The position numbers and the translations under genes are program-made. A stretch of DNA of 64,000 nt from the NCBI GenBank assembly GCA_963783305.1, contig CAWAMW010000016.1:64001-128000 (forward strand), in the 5' to 3' direction. The notes under the pieces were generated by a model. It did no database searches. It was not told where the DNA came from and saw nothing but the letters and a program-made list of their open reading frames with translations. This stretch comes from an uncultured Gemmatimonadales bacterium. Lineage in GTDB: Bacteria > Gemmatimonadota > Gemmatimonadetes > Longimicrobiales > RSA9. Positions 1 to 10,088 of the stretch are shown here, in pieces. How positions within the stretch are numbered: position 1 is the stretch's first letter; each line of letters begins with the position of its first letter.

Positions 1-585
1 CAGACCGACAACCCCGAGAATCCAGAGCGATACCCGCACGTCCGCCGTCTTGAAGTAGAAGTAGGGAGGGAGGTGAAGGCCGGCGAGGAAGTTGGCGATC
101 CGACGCGACGGCCCCGCGTCGTCGTCCCCGCTCGCGGAGCGCAGCGTGTCCCGCAGCATCGAGAGCGCCACCAGCGAGAGGATGAACACGAACACCGCAC
201 TGATGTACAGGTCCGCGGCGGCCGAGCCGCCCGAGCCGTGACCATCCCCGCCGCTCGCGAACAGTGCGCTGTTGATCCACACCGCCACCCGGATCCCGAT
301 GAACGAGGTCAGGATCAGGAAGGCGCCCAGGCGCTTGTCCACGTTGCCCAGCTCGCCGTGCTTCCGCGAGCCCATCATCGCCTTGCCGAACTTGTGGGCG
401 ATGTTGCTCCCCACCGCCACCACACCCGGCACCCCGAGGTTCATCATCCCAGGGGTCATGAAGAAGGCGCCGCCGCTCCCTATGAAGCCGGACAGAATGC
501 CGCCGATGAGCCCCAGGACCATGACCTGAATGGCGCTGGACAGGTCCAGGGTAACGAAGTTCGAAACCAGGAATGAGCTTTCCAT
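1..585 (-). CDS. TauE/SafE-family sulfite exporter (3' end runs off the window)
   Basis: My translation from ATG 585: MESSFLVSNF...GLIGGILSGFIGSGGAFFMTPGMMNLGVPGVVAVGSNIAHKFGKA. The G-x-G-G-x4-P motif and hydrophobic helices match TauE. Absent from the ORF track because there is no stop in the window. Confidence 0.85.
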   Translation of the reverse strand, partial: MESSFLVSNFVTLDLSSAIQVMVLGLIGGILSGFIGSGGAFFMTPGMMNLGVPGVVAVGSNIAHKFGKAMMGSRKHGELGNVDKRLGAFLILTSFIGIRVAVWINSALFASGGDGHGSGGSAAADLYISAVFVFILSLVALSMLRDTLRSASGDDDAGPSRRIANFLAGLHLPPYFYFKTADVRVSLWILGVVGL

Positions 586-588
586 GAT

Positions 589-2094
589 CTACTCCATCTT
601 GATCAGCTTCATGACCGACCGGGTCACGGTCCCGTAGGACCAGGCGATGACCGGGATGAAGGCGAAGACGGTGAGGGCGACGAGGAGGCGGCTGATGGCT
701 CCGCCCCTGGCGGCGAGGAACTCGAGTACGGGGACCTGATTGAAGAAGACGGCGAGGTAGAGGATCACGACAACGACCAGGTATCCCACGAGTCGCACGG
801 TGTCGCGCCGGCCGAAGAGGAACTCGGCGCGGAGCTCGTCGACGGTGACGACGGGGACGCGCATCCGGCTGGAGATGGACTCCTGGACCTCGCGGCGCAG
901 CCGCATGCGGGCGGCGGGGTTCTTGTCCAGGAACATGTCGCCCATCACCACGAGGGAATGGGGTACGCCGCTGCAGCAGGTGGAGACCAGGCTCCTGCGC
1001 TGGCCGGTGACCAGGCGGGCGCCTCCGGACTTGCCCAGGCGGGCCAGCTCGGTGAGCGTGGCATCCAGCCCCGGGTCGACCGCGGCGTCCTCCACGTCCT
1101 CCTCGATGCCGCCCGGAGCCGCGAGTATCGAAGGCGCGGCCACAGCGCCGGCCAGCGCGGGCTCCGGTGTGGGCGACGCGACGCCGGAGGCTACGAACCG
1201 GACGAGCTCGACGGCGGCGTTCCATTTCTGGGCGATCTCCACCACGCTGCGGAAGGCTTCGCCGCCCGGATCGAAGCTCTCCTGGATCCAGAGGATGGTG
1301 GTGGAGGCCATGGTGACCGCGATGTTTCTGGCGTCGGGGAGGGTCGCCAGCACGGGCTCGATGTGCGGCGCGACTTCCGCGTCGTGGGGCAGGTAGGTGA
1401 CCGTGAGAGCGCGGTTGTGGGCCGTGGCGGTGAAGCTGAAGCGCCGGGTCCGTGGGTCCTCCGCCAGCAGCAGGCGCGCGCGCGCCGACAGCCGCAGGTC
1501 CTCGAGGGTGCGGCGGGAGGCCGGCGTCATCTGGAACTCGGGGAGCTGGCACATGCCGAGGAGCGACGCCGCCGCGTTGCGGACGTTCATCCGCTCCACA
1601 TTCACCACCACATCGTATTCCGCGGCCTCCTCACCGGACACGCCGTACATGCCGCGGGCCCAGTTCCGCCGGTCTTCCTCGACGGCCTCGAGGTAGCGGC
1701 GGGCCTTTTCGTGGTCGAGGCCGAGGTCGCGCATGGTGGCGGAGATGCGCCCCTCCTCGTCGGCCACCAGCCGCACGCGGAGCACGTGATTGACGCCGCG
1801 TAGCAGGAGGTGCCCGGTCCGGCCGTGATAGACGATCGGACCCTCGAGGGCCCTGTCGCAGAGGTAGGCGGTGCAGAACGCCAGGTAGTGGTCGCGCTCC
1901 CGGGCCAGCCGCTCGGTGAACATCTGCGGCTTCACGATGCTCGTCTCGAGCTTGCTCACCTGGACGCCGGCGAGGATCGCCTCCTCGATCAGCTTCTCAC
2001 GGCTGATCACCGCATAGCCGAGCTTCTCGGCCAGGGTCTCGGCCAGCTCCTTGCCCCGGGACAGCGAGCCTCTGGAAACACAGATAATCTGCAT
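589..2094 (-). CDS. Cytidylate-kinase-like protein with extra domains and two C-terminal TM helices
   Basis: Start MQIICVSRGSLSRGKELAETLAEKLGY after a GGAGGAG RBS; VYHGRTGH, LRVRLVA and YDVVVN motifs; hydrophobic C-terminus. The ORF-track extension to 2604 overlaps the upstream gene. Confidence 0.8.
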   Translation of the reverse strand: MQIICVSRGSLSRGKELAETLAEKLGYAVISREKLIEEAILAGVQVSKLETSIVKPQMFTERLARERDHYLAFCTAYLCDRALEGPIVYHGRTGHLLLRGVNHVLRVRLVADEEGRISATMRDLGLDHEKARRYLEAVEEDRRNWARGMYGVSGEEAAEYDVVVNVERMNVRNAAASLLGMCQLPEFQMTPASRRTLEDLRLSARARLLLAEDPRTRRFSFTATAHNRALTVTYLPHDAEVAPHIEPVLATLPDARNIAVTMASTTILWIQESFDPGGEAFRSVVEIAQKWNAAVELVRFVASGVASPTPEPALAGAVAAPSILAAPGGIEEDVEDAAVDPGLDATLTELARLGKSGGARLVTGQRRSLVSTCCSGVPHSLVVMGDMFLDKNPAARMRLRREVQESISSRMRVPVVTVDELRAEFLFGRRDTVRLVGYLVVVVILYLAVFFNQVPVLEFLAARGGAISRLLVALTVFAFIPVIAWSYGTVTRSVMKLIKME

Positions 2095-2138
2095 GGTACC
2101 ACTCCTCCCCGGTTCCCGGGGACTCGGAGTTGAAGAGC

Positions 2139-3740
2139 TCACGGGGGACCGCCGAGCACTGGCATGCCCATGGCCGGCCAGACGAAGCACACGAAGAGCG
2201 CCAGGACGGCCATCAGGAGGAGGCTGGCGGGGACACCGGCGATGAAGAACTCCTTCGTCGTGAACTGGTTGCTGGTGTAGGCGATGGCGTTGGGCGCAGC
2301 GCCGATCAGGAGGAGGAAGGGCATCCCGGCGGTGACGAGACACGCGAAGAGGACAACCTCCGGGGCTACGCCCAGGTAGGGTGCCATGACGAGGGCCACC
2401 GGCATGGTGATGGCGATGGCAGCGACGTTCATGATGAAGTTGGTCATGACCAGCACGAACGCCGCGATGCCGAGGACGAAGACGACCCAGTGGGCGTTCA
2501 CGAAGAGGGACAGCCAGTGGATGGCCAGCCAGGAGGCGGCACCGGTCTCCCACAGGCAGAAGCCGAGGCTCATGGCCCCGCCGAAGAGCAGGATGATGTT
2601 CCACGACGTCTTCTCGAGATCCTCGAGGGAGACGATCCGGAGCACGAAGAAGAGGACGGTGGCGGTGAGGATGATGGCGCTCTTGTCCACCTCGGCCATG
2701 GCCGGCACGAAGTTGCGCACGCTGAGGAGCGTGATGGCCATGAGCACGAGAACGAGAGCCAGCACCTCCTCGCGGGTGATGGGGCCGAGGTTCTCGTGGA
2801 GACGCCGGACCCGGTCGCGGAGCCCCGGGATCGTCTTCCGCTCGGGTGGATACCAGAGCATCATGTACCCCCAGATCAGGAGGGTCATCAGGATGCCCAC
2901 CGGGAACATGAAGAAGGACAGCTCGAAGAAGCCGATGGACCCGCCGGTGATCTGGTTGTAGAAGCCGAGGGCCACGGCACCGCGGGCGGCGCCCAGGAGG
3001 GTGATAATGCTCCCGGCCCCCGCCACGAAGGCCATCCCCATGAACAGCCCTTTCCCGAAGCGGGTGGGCTCGGTGTCATCGGAGTAGAGGGCGTAGACGG
3101 CGAGCAGCAGCGGGAACACGGTGGCCGCCACGGCGGTGTGGGCCATGATGAGGGTGAGGGCGGCGGTGAGGGCGAAGCAGCCGAGATAGATCATGCTGGT
3201 CCGCTCGCCCACGATGCTGAGCATGCGGTAGGCGAGGCGTCGGGTCAGGCCGGTCTTGGTGAAGACCATGCCGAACATGAGGGACCCGAAGATGAACCAG
3301 ACGGACGGGTCCATGAAGTCGGTGAACGCGGTGCGGGCCGGTCGGATGAGGAAGAGCGCCTGCAGGACGCCCACCGCGATGCTGGTCACGCCGATGGGGA
3401 CCACCTCGCTGATCCACCAGGTGGCGGCGAAGAGGAAGAGTCCGAGGGCCGCCTTCCCCTGCGGCGTGAGGGGGAAGGCCTCTCCCCGCGGATCCATGGC
3501 GGGGCCCGGGGTGGGAGCGAAGTAGAGGAGCGCGAACAGCGCCACGCCCAGTATGACGAATACGACCCGTCGCCGCTGCGCGGCCGGGGTGAGCTGGGGC
3601 GCGGAGGGCGGCGGTCCATCGCCGTCCCCGGCCACGCGTTTGGCGATGCGGACGGACCCCGGCCGCTCGGCAACCGTCGCGTGGCCGACACCCTTCTCCT
3701 CCATCCCCCCCTTCGCGGGGGCCACCACCGGACTGGACAT
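2139..3740 (-). CDS. DASS/SLC13-family anion transporter (probable sulfate permease)
   Basis: Many TM helices; WWISEVVPIGVT, TNFIMNVAA and PNAIAY motifs. Sulfate as substrate is inferred from context. Confidence 0.85.
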   Translation of the reverse strand: MSSPVVAPAKGGMEEKGVGHATVAERPGSVRIAKRVAGDGDGPPPSAPQLTPAAQRRRVVFVILGVALFALLYFAPTPGPAMDPRGEAFPLTPQGKAALGLFLFAATWWISEVVPIGVTSIAVGVLQALFLIRPARTAFTDFMDPSVWFIFGSLMFGMVFTKTGLTRRLAYRMLSIVGERTSMIYLGCFALTAALTLIMAHTAVAATVFPLLLAVYALYSDDTEPTRFGKGLFMGMAFVAGAGSIITLLGAARGAVALGFYNQITGGSIGFFELSFFMFPVGILMTLLIWGYMMLWYPPERKTIPGLRDRVRRLHENLGPITREEVLALVLVLMAITLLSVRNFVPAMAEVDKSAIILTATVLFFVLRIVSLEDLEKTSWNIILLFGGAMSLGFCLWETGAASWLAIHWLSLFVNAHWVVFVLGIAAFVLVMTNFIMNVAAIAITMPVALVMAPYLGVAPEVVLFACLVTAGMPFLLLIGAAPNAIAYTSNQFTTKEFFIAGVPASLLLMAVLALFVCFVWPAMGMPVLGGPP

Positions 3741-3769
3741 CTATCTCTCCGTGCGGGGCTCTACGGCCC

Positions 3770-4297
3770 TCACTCGAGCAGCATTGCCAGCTCATTGAAC
3801 ACGTCCACGGACCGCACCACCCCCACGAGGTCACCGCCATCCACGACGGGGATCAGGCTGAGGTCGAGGGAGACCATGGTGGAGAGCGCCTTCATGATGT
3901 GGTCATCCGCGGACAGGACGGCCTCGATGGGGCGCATGACATCGCTGACCGGGCGGGCACCCTGTTTCCGGATCCCGCTCACCATCCGGTCGAAGGGGAG
4001 CTCGGCCAGGTTGGGGTCGATGGCGATGTCGAAAGGCTTGTTGCGGTATTCCAGCGGGCGACTGAGGAGGAAGCGCGGCTCGAGCCCCCTCAGGATGTCG
4101 CGGCGGCGGACGTAGCCGACCAGGACCTCGATCCCGTCGAAGACGAGGACGCAGCGGGGCAGGGACTTGCGGAGCGCGACCTCGAGCTGTGCCGAGGTGA
4201 AGACCGCCATGGCGTCGCGGAGCGAGGCCGTGTCCCTCACCGATGGGTACCGATCGATGGGGATCAGGATATCCTTGAGGTGTGTCATCGAGTCCAC
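3770..4297 (-). CDS. CBS-domain pair protein
   Basis: VSDVMRPI...IPVVDGGDLVGVVRSVDVF CBS motif. Confidence 0.85.
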   Translation of the reverse strand: MDSMTHLKDILIPIDRYPSVRDTASLRDAMAVFTSAQLEVALRKSLPRCVLVFDGIEVLVGYVRRRDILRGLEPRFLLSRPLEYRNKPFDIAIDPNLAELPFDRMVSGIRKQGARPVSDVMRPIEAVLSADDHIMKALSTMVSLDLSLIPVVDGGDLVGVVRSVDVFNELAMLLE

Positions 4298-4301
4298 GCT
4301 C

Positions 4302-4739
4302 CTACCACCCCCTCTTGCGCGTGATGTCGTTGATGCGCCGCTGGATCCTCTGGTCGTCGAGCGTGGCGCGACGGTGGGCCGCGTCCTCGATGAGGTCCAC
4401 CAGCTCGGCGAGCTCGGCCGGCTTCTCCACCAGGTCGAGTGCTCCGGCCTTCATGGCCTCCACCGCCTGCGCGACGGTGGCGCGGCCGGTGAGGATGATC
4501 ACCTGGAGGTCGGGGTAAAGGGCGCGGAGGCCGCGCATCGTCTGGAGCCCGTCGAGCCCGGGCATGGCCATGTCGAGGAGCACCGCGTCATAGCCGCGGT
4601 CGCGGCCGCGGGCGCTCGCGAGGGCGTCGGCGCCGCTCGTGGCCACGTCGACCTCGAGGCCGCGCGCCGCGAGTCGTGCGCCCAGCACCGCCACGAAGTC
4701 TTCCTCATCGTCGATCAGCAGAACCCGTATATCGCTCAT
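4302..4739 (-). CDS. Single-domain response regulator
   Basis: MSDIRVLLIDDEEDF...LLDMAMPGLDG...ILTG...EKP; short helical tail. Confidence 0.9.
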   Translation of the reverse strand: MSDIRVLLIDDEEDFVAVLGARLAARGLEVDVATSGADALASARGRDRGYDAVLLDMAMPGLDGLQTMRGLRALYPDLQVIILTGRATVAQAVEAMKAGALDLVEKPAELAELVDLIEDAAHRRATLDDQRIQRRINDITRKRGW

Positions 4740-5137
4740 GATTCGACCCTCCGATCCGCGGCGTCCTTCAGGACCTGCTCCAGCACCTCGATGGCGACCG
4801 GCTTGGACAGGAGCGTGCGGGCACCAACGGCGTGCGCCGCCTCGTCGTCCTCGGGTGCGGTTCGCCCGGTGAGCAGGACGACCTCCGTCTCCGGATGGTC
4901 GGCGCGGATCCGGGCGGTCAGCTCGAGACCGCCGATCCCGGGCATCCGGATATCCACCAGCACCACGTCCCACGACTCCCGCGCCATGCGGTCCAGCGCC
5001 GCCACGCCGTGCGTGACGCCCGCGGCGATGAAGCCCCGGAGCTGGAGGCGCTCGGTGAGCGCGCTCACCAGCTCCTCCTCGTCATCCACGATCAGCACGC
5101 GCACGGTTTCCATAGGGTGCTCCGGCTCAGAGTTCAT
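4736..5137 (-). CDS. Single-domain response regulator
   Basis: VLIVDDE...VDIRMPGIGG...LLTG...SKP. Confidence 0.9.
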   Translation of the reverse strand: MNSEPEHPMETVRVLIVDDEEELVSALTERLQLRGFIAAGVTHGVAALDRMARESWDVVLVDIRMPGIGGLELTARIRADHPETEVVLLTGRTAPEDDEAAHAVGARTLLSKPVAIEVLEQVLKDAADRRVES

Positions 5138-6884
5138 CCACGGGAAGGGTGACGGTGAATCGCGTCCCCTCTCCCACCGTGCTCTCGACGGTTATGTCCC
5201 CGCCGAGCTTCTGGACGATGCCATATGTGATGGACAGCCCCAGGCCGGTCCCCGCCCCCTTCTTGGTCGTGAAGAACGGATCGAAGATCCGGGGCAGGTT
5301 TTCCTCGCTGATGCCCACGCCGTCATCGAAAATGGTCACGGCCACCGCCCCGCGGCTCGACGGGCCCACCTCGAGCTCTATGTGCCCGCCGTCCTCCACC
5401 GCCGCGAAGGCGTTGTTGATGATGTTCAGGAACACCTGCTGGAGCTGACCGCGGTCGCTGACGACGGGGGGCGTGTCCTCGGCGTGACGCAGCTCGATCT
5501 CGATCTCGCGATAGCGGGCCTCCTGCTCCAGGAACCCCAGGACCTCATGCAGCAGCACGTCCAGGTGGATCGTCTCGCGCTGCACGTCCATGTGCTTCGC
5601 GAAGCCGAGGAGGCGGTGGGTGATCCCGCCGCAGCGCTCCGCCGACTTCAGGACCGAGTCCAGGATCTCCAGCATCTTCTCGCGTGGGGGCGGCTCGGAG
5701 GAGCGGGTGAGGAGGTCGTGCAGCAGCCCGGCCTTCTGACTGATGATGGACAGCGGATTGTTGATCTCGTGCGCGACCCCGGCCCCGAGGCGGCCGATGG
5801 CCGCCAGCTTGTTGGTGTACTCGATCTCGTGGAAGAGCGCGGCGCGTCGGCGGTCGGCCTCGCGAGCGGTGCGGACGGCGTAGATCGCGCCGCCGATGAC
5901 GAGAGCCAGGATGATGATCCCGCTGACGAGGGGCAGCAGCACGAGGTCTCGGCGGAGCGAGGCCCAGCCGGCGTGGAACTCGTCGCGGGGGCTGAGCAGG
6001 ACCAGCGTGAAGGGGGAGCGCTGGAGGCGCGCGAAGGCCGCCACCACGGGCGTGCCGAGCCCGTCCGTGGTGGAGATGAAGGTGGTCTCCTCGGTGTAGG
6101 GCAGCGGGGGCAGGGGCGCGGTGTCGAGCACGGCGCCGTAGAGCCGTGAGGGTGTCTGGAGCACGCCGTGGTCGTTGACGATGAACGCGTCGCTGAAGGT
6201 GGGGACGCCCAGGGCGTGGCAGCGCCCGCAGGCGGAGCCGCGCTCGGGCCGTCGGCTGCCCCGATCGCGTACCAGCCAGTGGAAGACGTCAGTGTCGATG
6301 GTCGCCCGCAGCGCGAACCAGCGGCCACCGCCGCGGTCCCCATGGATGGCGACCACGATGTGGGGGAGGTTTCGGTACCCCAGGAATACGTCGCTGACGT
6401 GGGACCCGCGCGTGGCGACCTCCCGGAACCACTCCTGCTCGCTGTAGTCGCGTCCCTCCAGCGCGTACGGGCCCGCGTAGGCGACCTGCAGCCCGCTGTC
6501 ATCGATGAGCCCGAGGTCCACCACACCGCTGAACGTCTGCTCCAGGTCGCGGAGCACCGCCTCCAGCCGGGCCGGTTCCGTCAGCGACTCGTACGAGTTG
6601 CTCCGGACCACGAGGTGGAGCGCCGACAGCCGCTCGTCCAGGTACGCTTCCAGCGAGTGCCTGCCCGCTTCCGCGAACCGGAGCATCGGTCGGGTCTGCT
6701 GTGATCGGAACGCCTCCCGGTATTCCCGGTAGCTGATCCAGGACATGACGCCGAGAGGGAGCAGTGAGATGGCCGAGACGACCAGCACGAACGTGATGAG
6801 CATCCGGCGGTAGCGGCCGCCGGAGATCAGTCGCTCGACATCCGGTCGTTCCGTGGGGGGTGGACCCCGACCCTTGGTGCGCAT
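5127..6884 (-). CDS. Membrane sensor histidine kinase with Cache-like periplasmic domain
   Basis: Two TMs; H box AHEINNPL, N box NIINNA, DDGVGI, FDPFFTTK, GTGLGL. Confidence 0.92.
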   Translation of the reverse strand: MRTKGRGPPPTERPDVERLISGGRYRRMLITFVLVVSAISLLPLGVMSWISYREYREAFRSQQTRPMLRFAEAGRHSLEAYLDERLSALHLVVRSNSYESLTEPARLEAVLRDLEQTFSGVVDLGLIDDSGLQVAYAGPYALEGRDYSEQEWFREVATRGSHVSDVFLGYRNLPHIVVAIHGDRGGGRWFALRATIDTDVFHWLVRDRGSRRPERGSACGRCHALGVPTFSDAFIVNDHGVLQTPSRLYGAVLDTAPLPPLPYTEETTFISTTDGLGTPVVAAFARLQRSPFTLVLLSPRDEFHAGWASLRRDLVLLPLVSGIIILALVIGGAIYAVRTAREADRRRAALFHEIEYTNKLAAIGRLGAGVAHEINNPLSIISQKAGLLHDLLTRSSEPPPREKMLEILDSVLKSAERCGGITHRLLGFAKHMDVQRETIHLDVLLHEVLGFLEQEARYREIEIELRHAEDTPPVVSDRGQLQQVFLNIINNAFAAVEDGGHIELEVGPSSRGAVAVTIFDDGVGISEENLPRIFDPFFTTKKGAGTGLGLSITYGIVQKLGGDITVESTVGEGTRFTVTLPVDEL

Positions 6885-6892
6885 GCCCCGCC

Positions 6893-7834
6893 TCAGCCGC
6901 CGGTGCCGGCAGCGGACGGGTCCGGCGGAGCGGTCGCTCCCGACCGCCCCGCGCGCCGGATGGTGTCCATCAGGATCTCGATGTCCACCGGCTTCTGCAG
7001 GTAGTCGAGCGCGCCCAGGCGTCGAGCCTCCTTCTCATCGCGTTCCGAGCCGTGGCCCGTGAGGATGACGACGGGCAGCTCCGGGTAAAGCTTCTTCACC
7101 CGCCGGAGCACCTCCAGGCCATCGAGGTCCGGCATGCGGAGATCGAGGACCATGACGTCCGGCCGCTCCCCCTCCAGAAGCTCCAGTGCCTGCGCCCCCC
7201 CCAGCGCCACGTCGCCGCCCATCTCCCGCATCCGCATCCGCTCCTCCAGCGTGCGGACGAAGTCCTCCTCATCGTCGACGAAGAGCACCTTGAGCGACCC
7301 CGGGGCCGCGTGTGCGCTCGGCTCGACCGGCGATGCGGGCGCAGGGGCGCGGGCCTCGGCTCGCTCGGACTCCAGGTACTCCACGGCGAGGTCGGTGCCC
7401 CCCTCCGCGAGTGCGGCGGCGGTCATGGACCGGCTGAACTCGCGTCCGGACTCCTTCAGCGCGTCCAGCGCCCGTCTCCACGCAGAGCGGATGGAGTCCA
7501 GCAGCTCCCCGGTGTCCGCCGGCTTCTCCAGATAGCGATAGGCACCCAGCCGCCGTGCCTCCTCCTCGGCCTCCGGGGAGCCGCGGCCCGTGAGGACGAT
7601 GACCTGGATATGGGGGTGCTCGCGCTTTACGCGCTCCAGCACCGTCATCCCGTCGATCCCCGGCATGCGGAGGTCGAGGACCACGACGTGAGGGGCGTCG
7701 GCCGCCACCGCCTCGAGCGCCTCTTCACCGCTGAGGGCGACCCGGGCGGCGACATCGCGCAGAGCCAGGCGCCCGGCCATCGCGCGGACATAGTCCTCCT
7801 CGTCGTCCACGAGGAGCAGCTTGAGCGGGCTCAT
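6893..7834 (-). CDS. Tandem double-receiver response regulator
   Basis: Two complete receiver domains (LLLVDDEED and VLFVDDEED, each with DLRMP and KP) joined by a helical/Pro-rich linker. Confidence 0.9.
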   Translation of the reverse strand: MSPLKLLLVDDEEDYVRAMAGRLALRDVAARVALSGEEALEAVAADAPHVVVLDLRMPGIDGMTVLERVKREHPHIQVIVLTGRGSPEAEEEARRLGAYRYLEKPADTGELLDSIRSAWRRALDALKESGREFSRSMTAAALAEGGTDLAVEYLESERAEARAPAPASPVEPSAHAAPGSLKVLFVDDEEDFVRTLEERMRMREMGGDVALGGAQALELLEGERPDVMVLDLRMPDLDGLEVLRRVKKLYPELPVVILTGHGSERDEKEARRLGALDYLQKPVDIEILMDTIRRAGRSGATAPPDPSAAGTGG

Positions 7835-8520
7835 GATTCGACCTCCGGGAGCAGCAGGATCACCCCGCGGCTGTCGCGCTCCAGGGTCGCCGACAGCGCG
7901 GCGAGGATGGGCCGGAGCGCGTCGTGGGACCCGCCCATGGCGTCGTCCGGGCCGGGGTCGTCGGCGGGGAGGCCGAAAACGACCGCGGCGCCGCCCTTCC
8001 GTGTCTCGGGCTGCACCACGAGGGTCGCACCGTCCGCGCTCCTTTCCAGGGACCATTCCATGAGGGCCACCAGCGCCATGTACAGGTCCAGGGCTACGGC
8101 GGTGGTGTGCACATCATTGGCGGCGGGCTGGATCTCGATCCGGCGGCCGCCCTGCTGTGCGAAGCGGCGAGTCAGGGCGACGGTGAGGGCCACGGCGTCG
8201 GCGAGCGACAGGCGCTCGCTGCCCTGGTCGAGGCCGTGCATGATGCGGTTCAGTGAAGTGGAGAGGTCGGCGCCCCGCGCGACCTGGATCCGGATCCGCT
8301 CCAGCGACCACCGCACTCGCCCGGCATCCGGGGCGACGCCCGGGCCGGCCAGGTCCGTCAGATCCCCGATGAGCCCCGCCGACTCCTTCACGATCGCCAG
8401 CACGTTGCGGATCTCGTGGGTCGCGCTCGCGGTGAGCCGCGCAATGAACGCGGCTCGGCGAGCATCCTGCCCCGGGAGCGTCAGCCAGGCCGGTGCCGGA
8501 GTCGTCGTCGCGGCGGTCAT
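7831..8520 (-). CDS. Soluble HisKA protein with degenerate ATPase domain (pseudokinase/phosphotransferase-like)
   Basis: H box ATHEIRNVLAIVKE present; no recognisable N, DxGxG or GxGLG boxes; no TM or sensor domain. Confidence 0.7.
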   Translation of the reverse strand: MTAATTTPAPAWLTLPGQDARRAAFIARLTASATHEIRNVLAIVKESAGLIGDLTDLAGPGVAPDAGRVRWSLERIRIQVARGADLSTSLNRIMHGLDQGSERLSLADAVALTVALTRRFAQQGGRRIEIQPAANDVHTTAVALDLYMALVALMEWSLERSADGATLVVQPETRKGGAAVVFGLPADDPGPDDAMGGSHDALRPILAALSATLERDSRGVILLLPEVES

Positions 8521-10088
8521 GTCGAGTCGCTCGCGGCGAAGCTCTCGTCGGGTGCGATGGCGAAGTTCGTCGCGGTAGTGATGGCGTCCACGAGCCCCGC
8601 CACGGTGTGGGGCGATGCCTCCGCCGCCGGCTCGATCCCCAGTTCCCGGAGCGCGCGGGTGGTCATGGGGCTGATGGAGGCGATGCGGGCGTTCGAGAGC
8701 GTGTTCCCGTAGAGCCGGGCCAGGGAGCGGGCGGTGGCCGCGCTGGTGACCGCGATCCAGTCGACTTCCCTCTCGACCAGCGCGAGGGCCACGTCCGGGT
8801 CCGCCGCCTCCACGTCCGCCGTTTCGTACACGACGACCTCGTGGACGCGGGCGCCGCGAGCATCCAGCTCCGCGGCCAGCGCAGGCACATCGGCACCGCC
8901 ACGGGCGAGGAGGAACTGTCCGGCCCCGCCGTCGCCCATCAGGTGGTCGGCCAGCTCTCGGGGACGGAAGGCGCCGGGTACCAGGTCGGGACGGAGGCGG
9001 TAGGCCGCGAGCCGCTCGGCGGTGCCGGCGCCCACGGCCGCGATCCGCACGCCGCCCAGCTTCCGGGCGTCCTCGGAGCGCTCGGAGAGGCGGCCCATGA
9101 GGCCGTCCACGCCGTTGGGGCTGGAGAAGACGAGCCAGTCGTAGTGCCACATGTGGTCGATGGCGTGGTCCACCGCGGTCCAGCTCGATGGCGGGACCAC
9201 ACGGATGGCGGGCTGCACGACCACCTCCGCACCGCGCTCGGCGAGCCCCTCGCGGACCCGGTTGGCGGTGCCGACGGAGCCGGCCACCACCACCGTGGCG
9301 CCAAAGAGCGGTCGCGACTCGAACCACGAGATGGACGGGCTGTGGGCCACCACCTCCCCCACCACGAAGAGGGCGGGAGGTCGGACGTTACGGCCCTGCA
9401 CCACCTCCGCGACCGTGCCGAGGGTGCAGCGGACGGTCTGCTGGCGGGCGCGGCTGCACCAGCGCACGATGGCCACCGGCGTTTCGGGTGAACGCCCGTG
9501 GTCCATGAGCGCGCCGCTCCACTGCTCCACGCCCTTCACGGCCATGTAGAACACGAGCGTGCCAGGGAAGGCGGCCAGCGCCCCGTAGTCCAGGTTCGTC
9601 CGGCCCTTGCCGGAGCGCTCGCGGCCGGTGACCAGCGCCACCGCGGAGGCGTCCTCGTGGTGCGTGAGGGGGATCTCGGCGAACGCGGCGATCGAGAGGC
9701 CGGAGGTGACGCCGGGGACCACCTCGAAGGGAATCCCGAGCTGTCGGAGCGCCGCAGTCTCATCGATGAGCCGGCCGAAGATGCCGGGGTCGCCGCCCTT
9801 GAGCCGGACCACGCAACGCCCCGCGAGAGCGGCCTCGATCATGGTCGCGGTGATCTCGTCGGGCGTGAGGCGCGGGCCGCCGTTGTGATGCCCCAGGCGG
9901 ACCCGTTCGGCGCCGGGTCGGGCGTGCTCCACCAGGCTGGGGTTGGCCAGGTAGTCGTAGAGCACCAGGTCCGCCTTGCCGAGGCACTCGGCTCCCCGCA
10001 GCGTGAGGAGGCCCGGATGGCCGGGCCCCGCGCCCACGAGGTAAACGGTGCCACATCCGCTCCGTGAAAAACCGCGAACCGCTGTCAT
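8517..10088 (-). CDS. cobA: Uroporphyrinogen-III C-methyltransferase / uroporphyrinogen-III synthase fusion (CobA-HemD)
   Basis: VYLVGAGPGHPGLLTLRG, VRLKGGDP, VVPGVTS; C-terminal HemD with YDWLVFSSPNGV and AVGAGTA. Confidence 0.93.
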   Translation of the reverse strand: MTAVRGFSRSGCGTVYLVGAGPGHPGLLTLRGAECLGKADLVLYDYLANPSLVEHARPGAERVRLGHHNGGPRLTPDEITATMIEAALAGRCVVRLKGGDPGIFGRLIDETAALRQLGIPFEVVPGVTSGLSIAAFAEIPLTHHEDASAVALVTGRERSGKGRTNLDYGALAAFPGTLVFYMAVKGVEQWSGALMDHGRSPETPVAIVRWCSRARQQTVRCTLGTVAEVVQGRNVRPPALFVVGEVVAHSPSISWFESRPLFGATVVVAGSVGTANRVREGLAERGAEVVVQPAIRVVPPSSWTAVDHAIDHMWHYDWLVFSSPNGVDGLMGRLSERSEDARKLGGVRIAAVGAGTAERLAAYRLRPDLVPGAFRPRELADHLMGDGGAGQFLLARGGADVPALAAELDARGARVHEVVVYETADVEAADPDVALALVEREVDWIAVTSAATARSLARLYGNTLSNARIASISPMTTRALRELGIEPAAEASPHTVAGLVDAITTATNFAIAPDESFAASDST

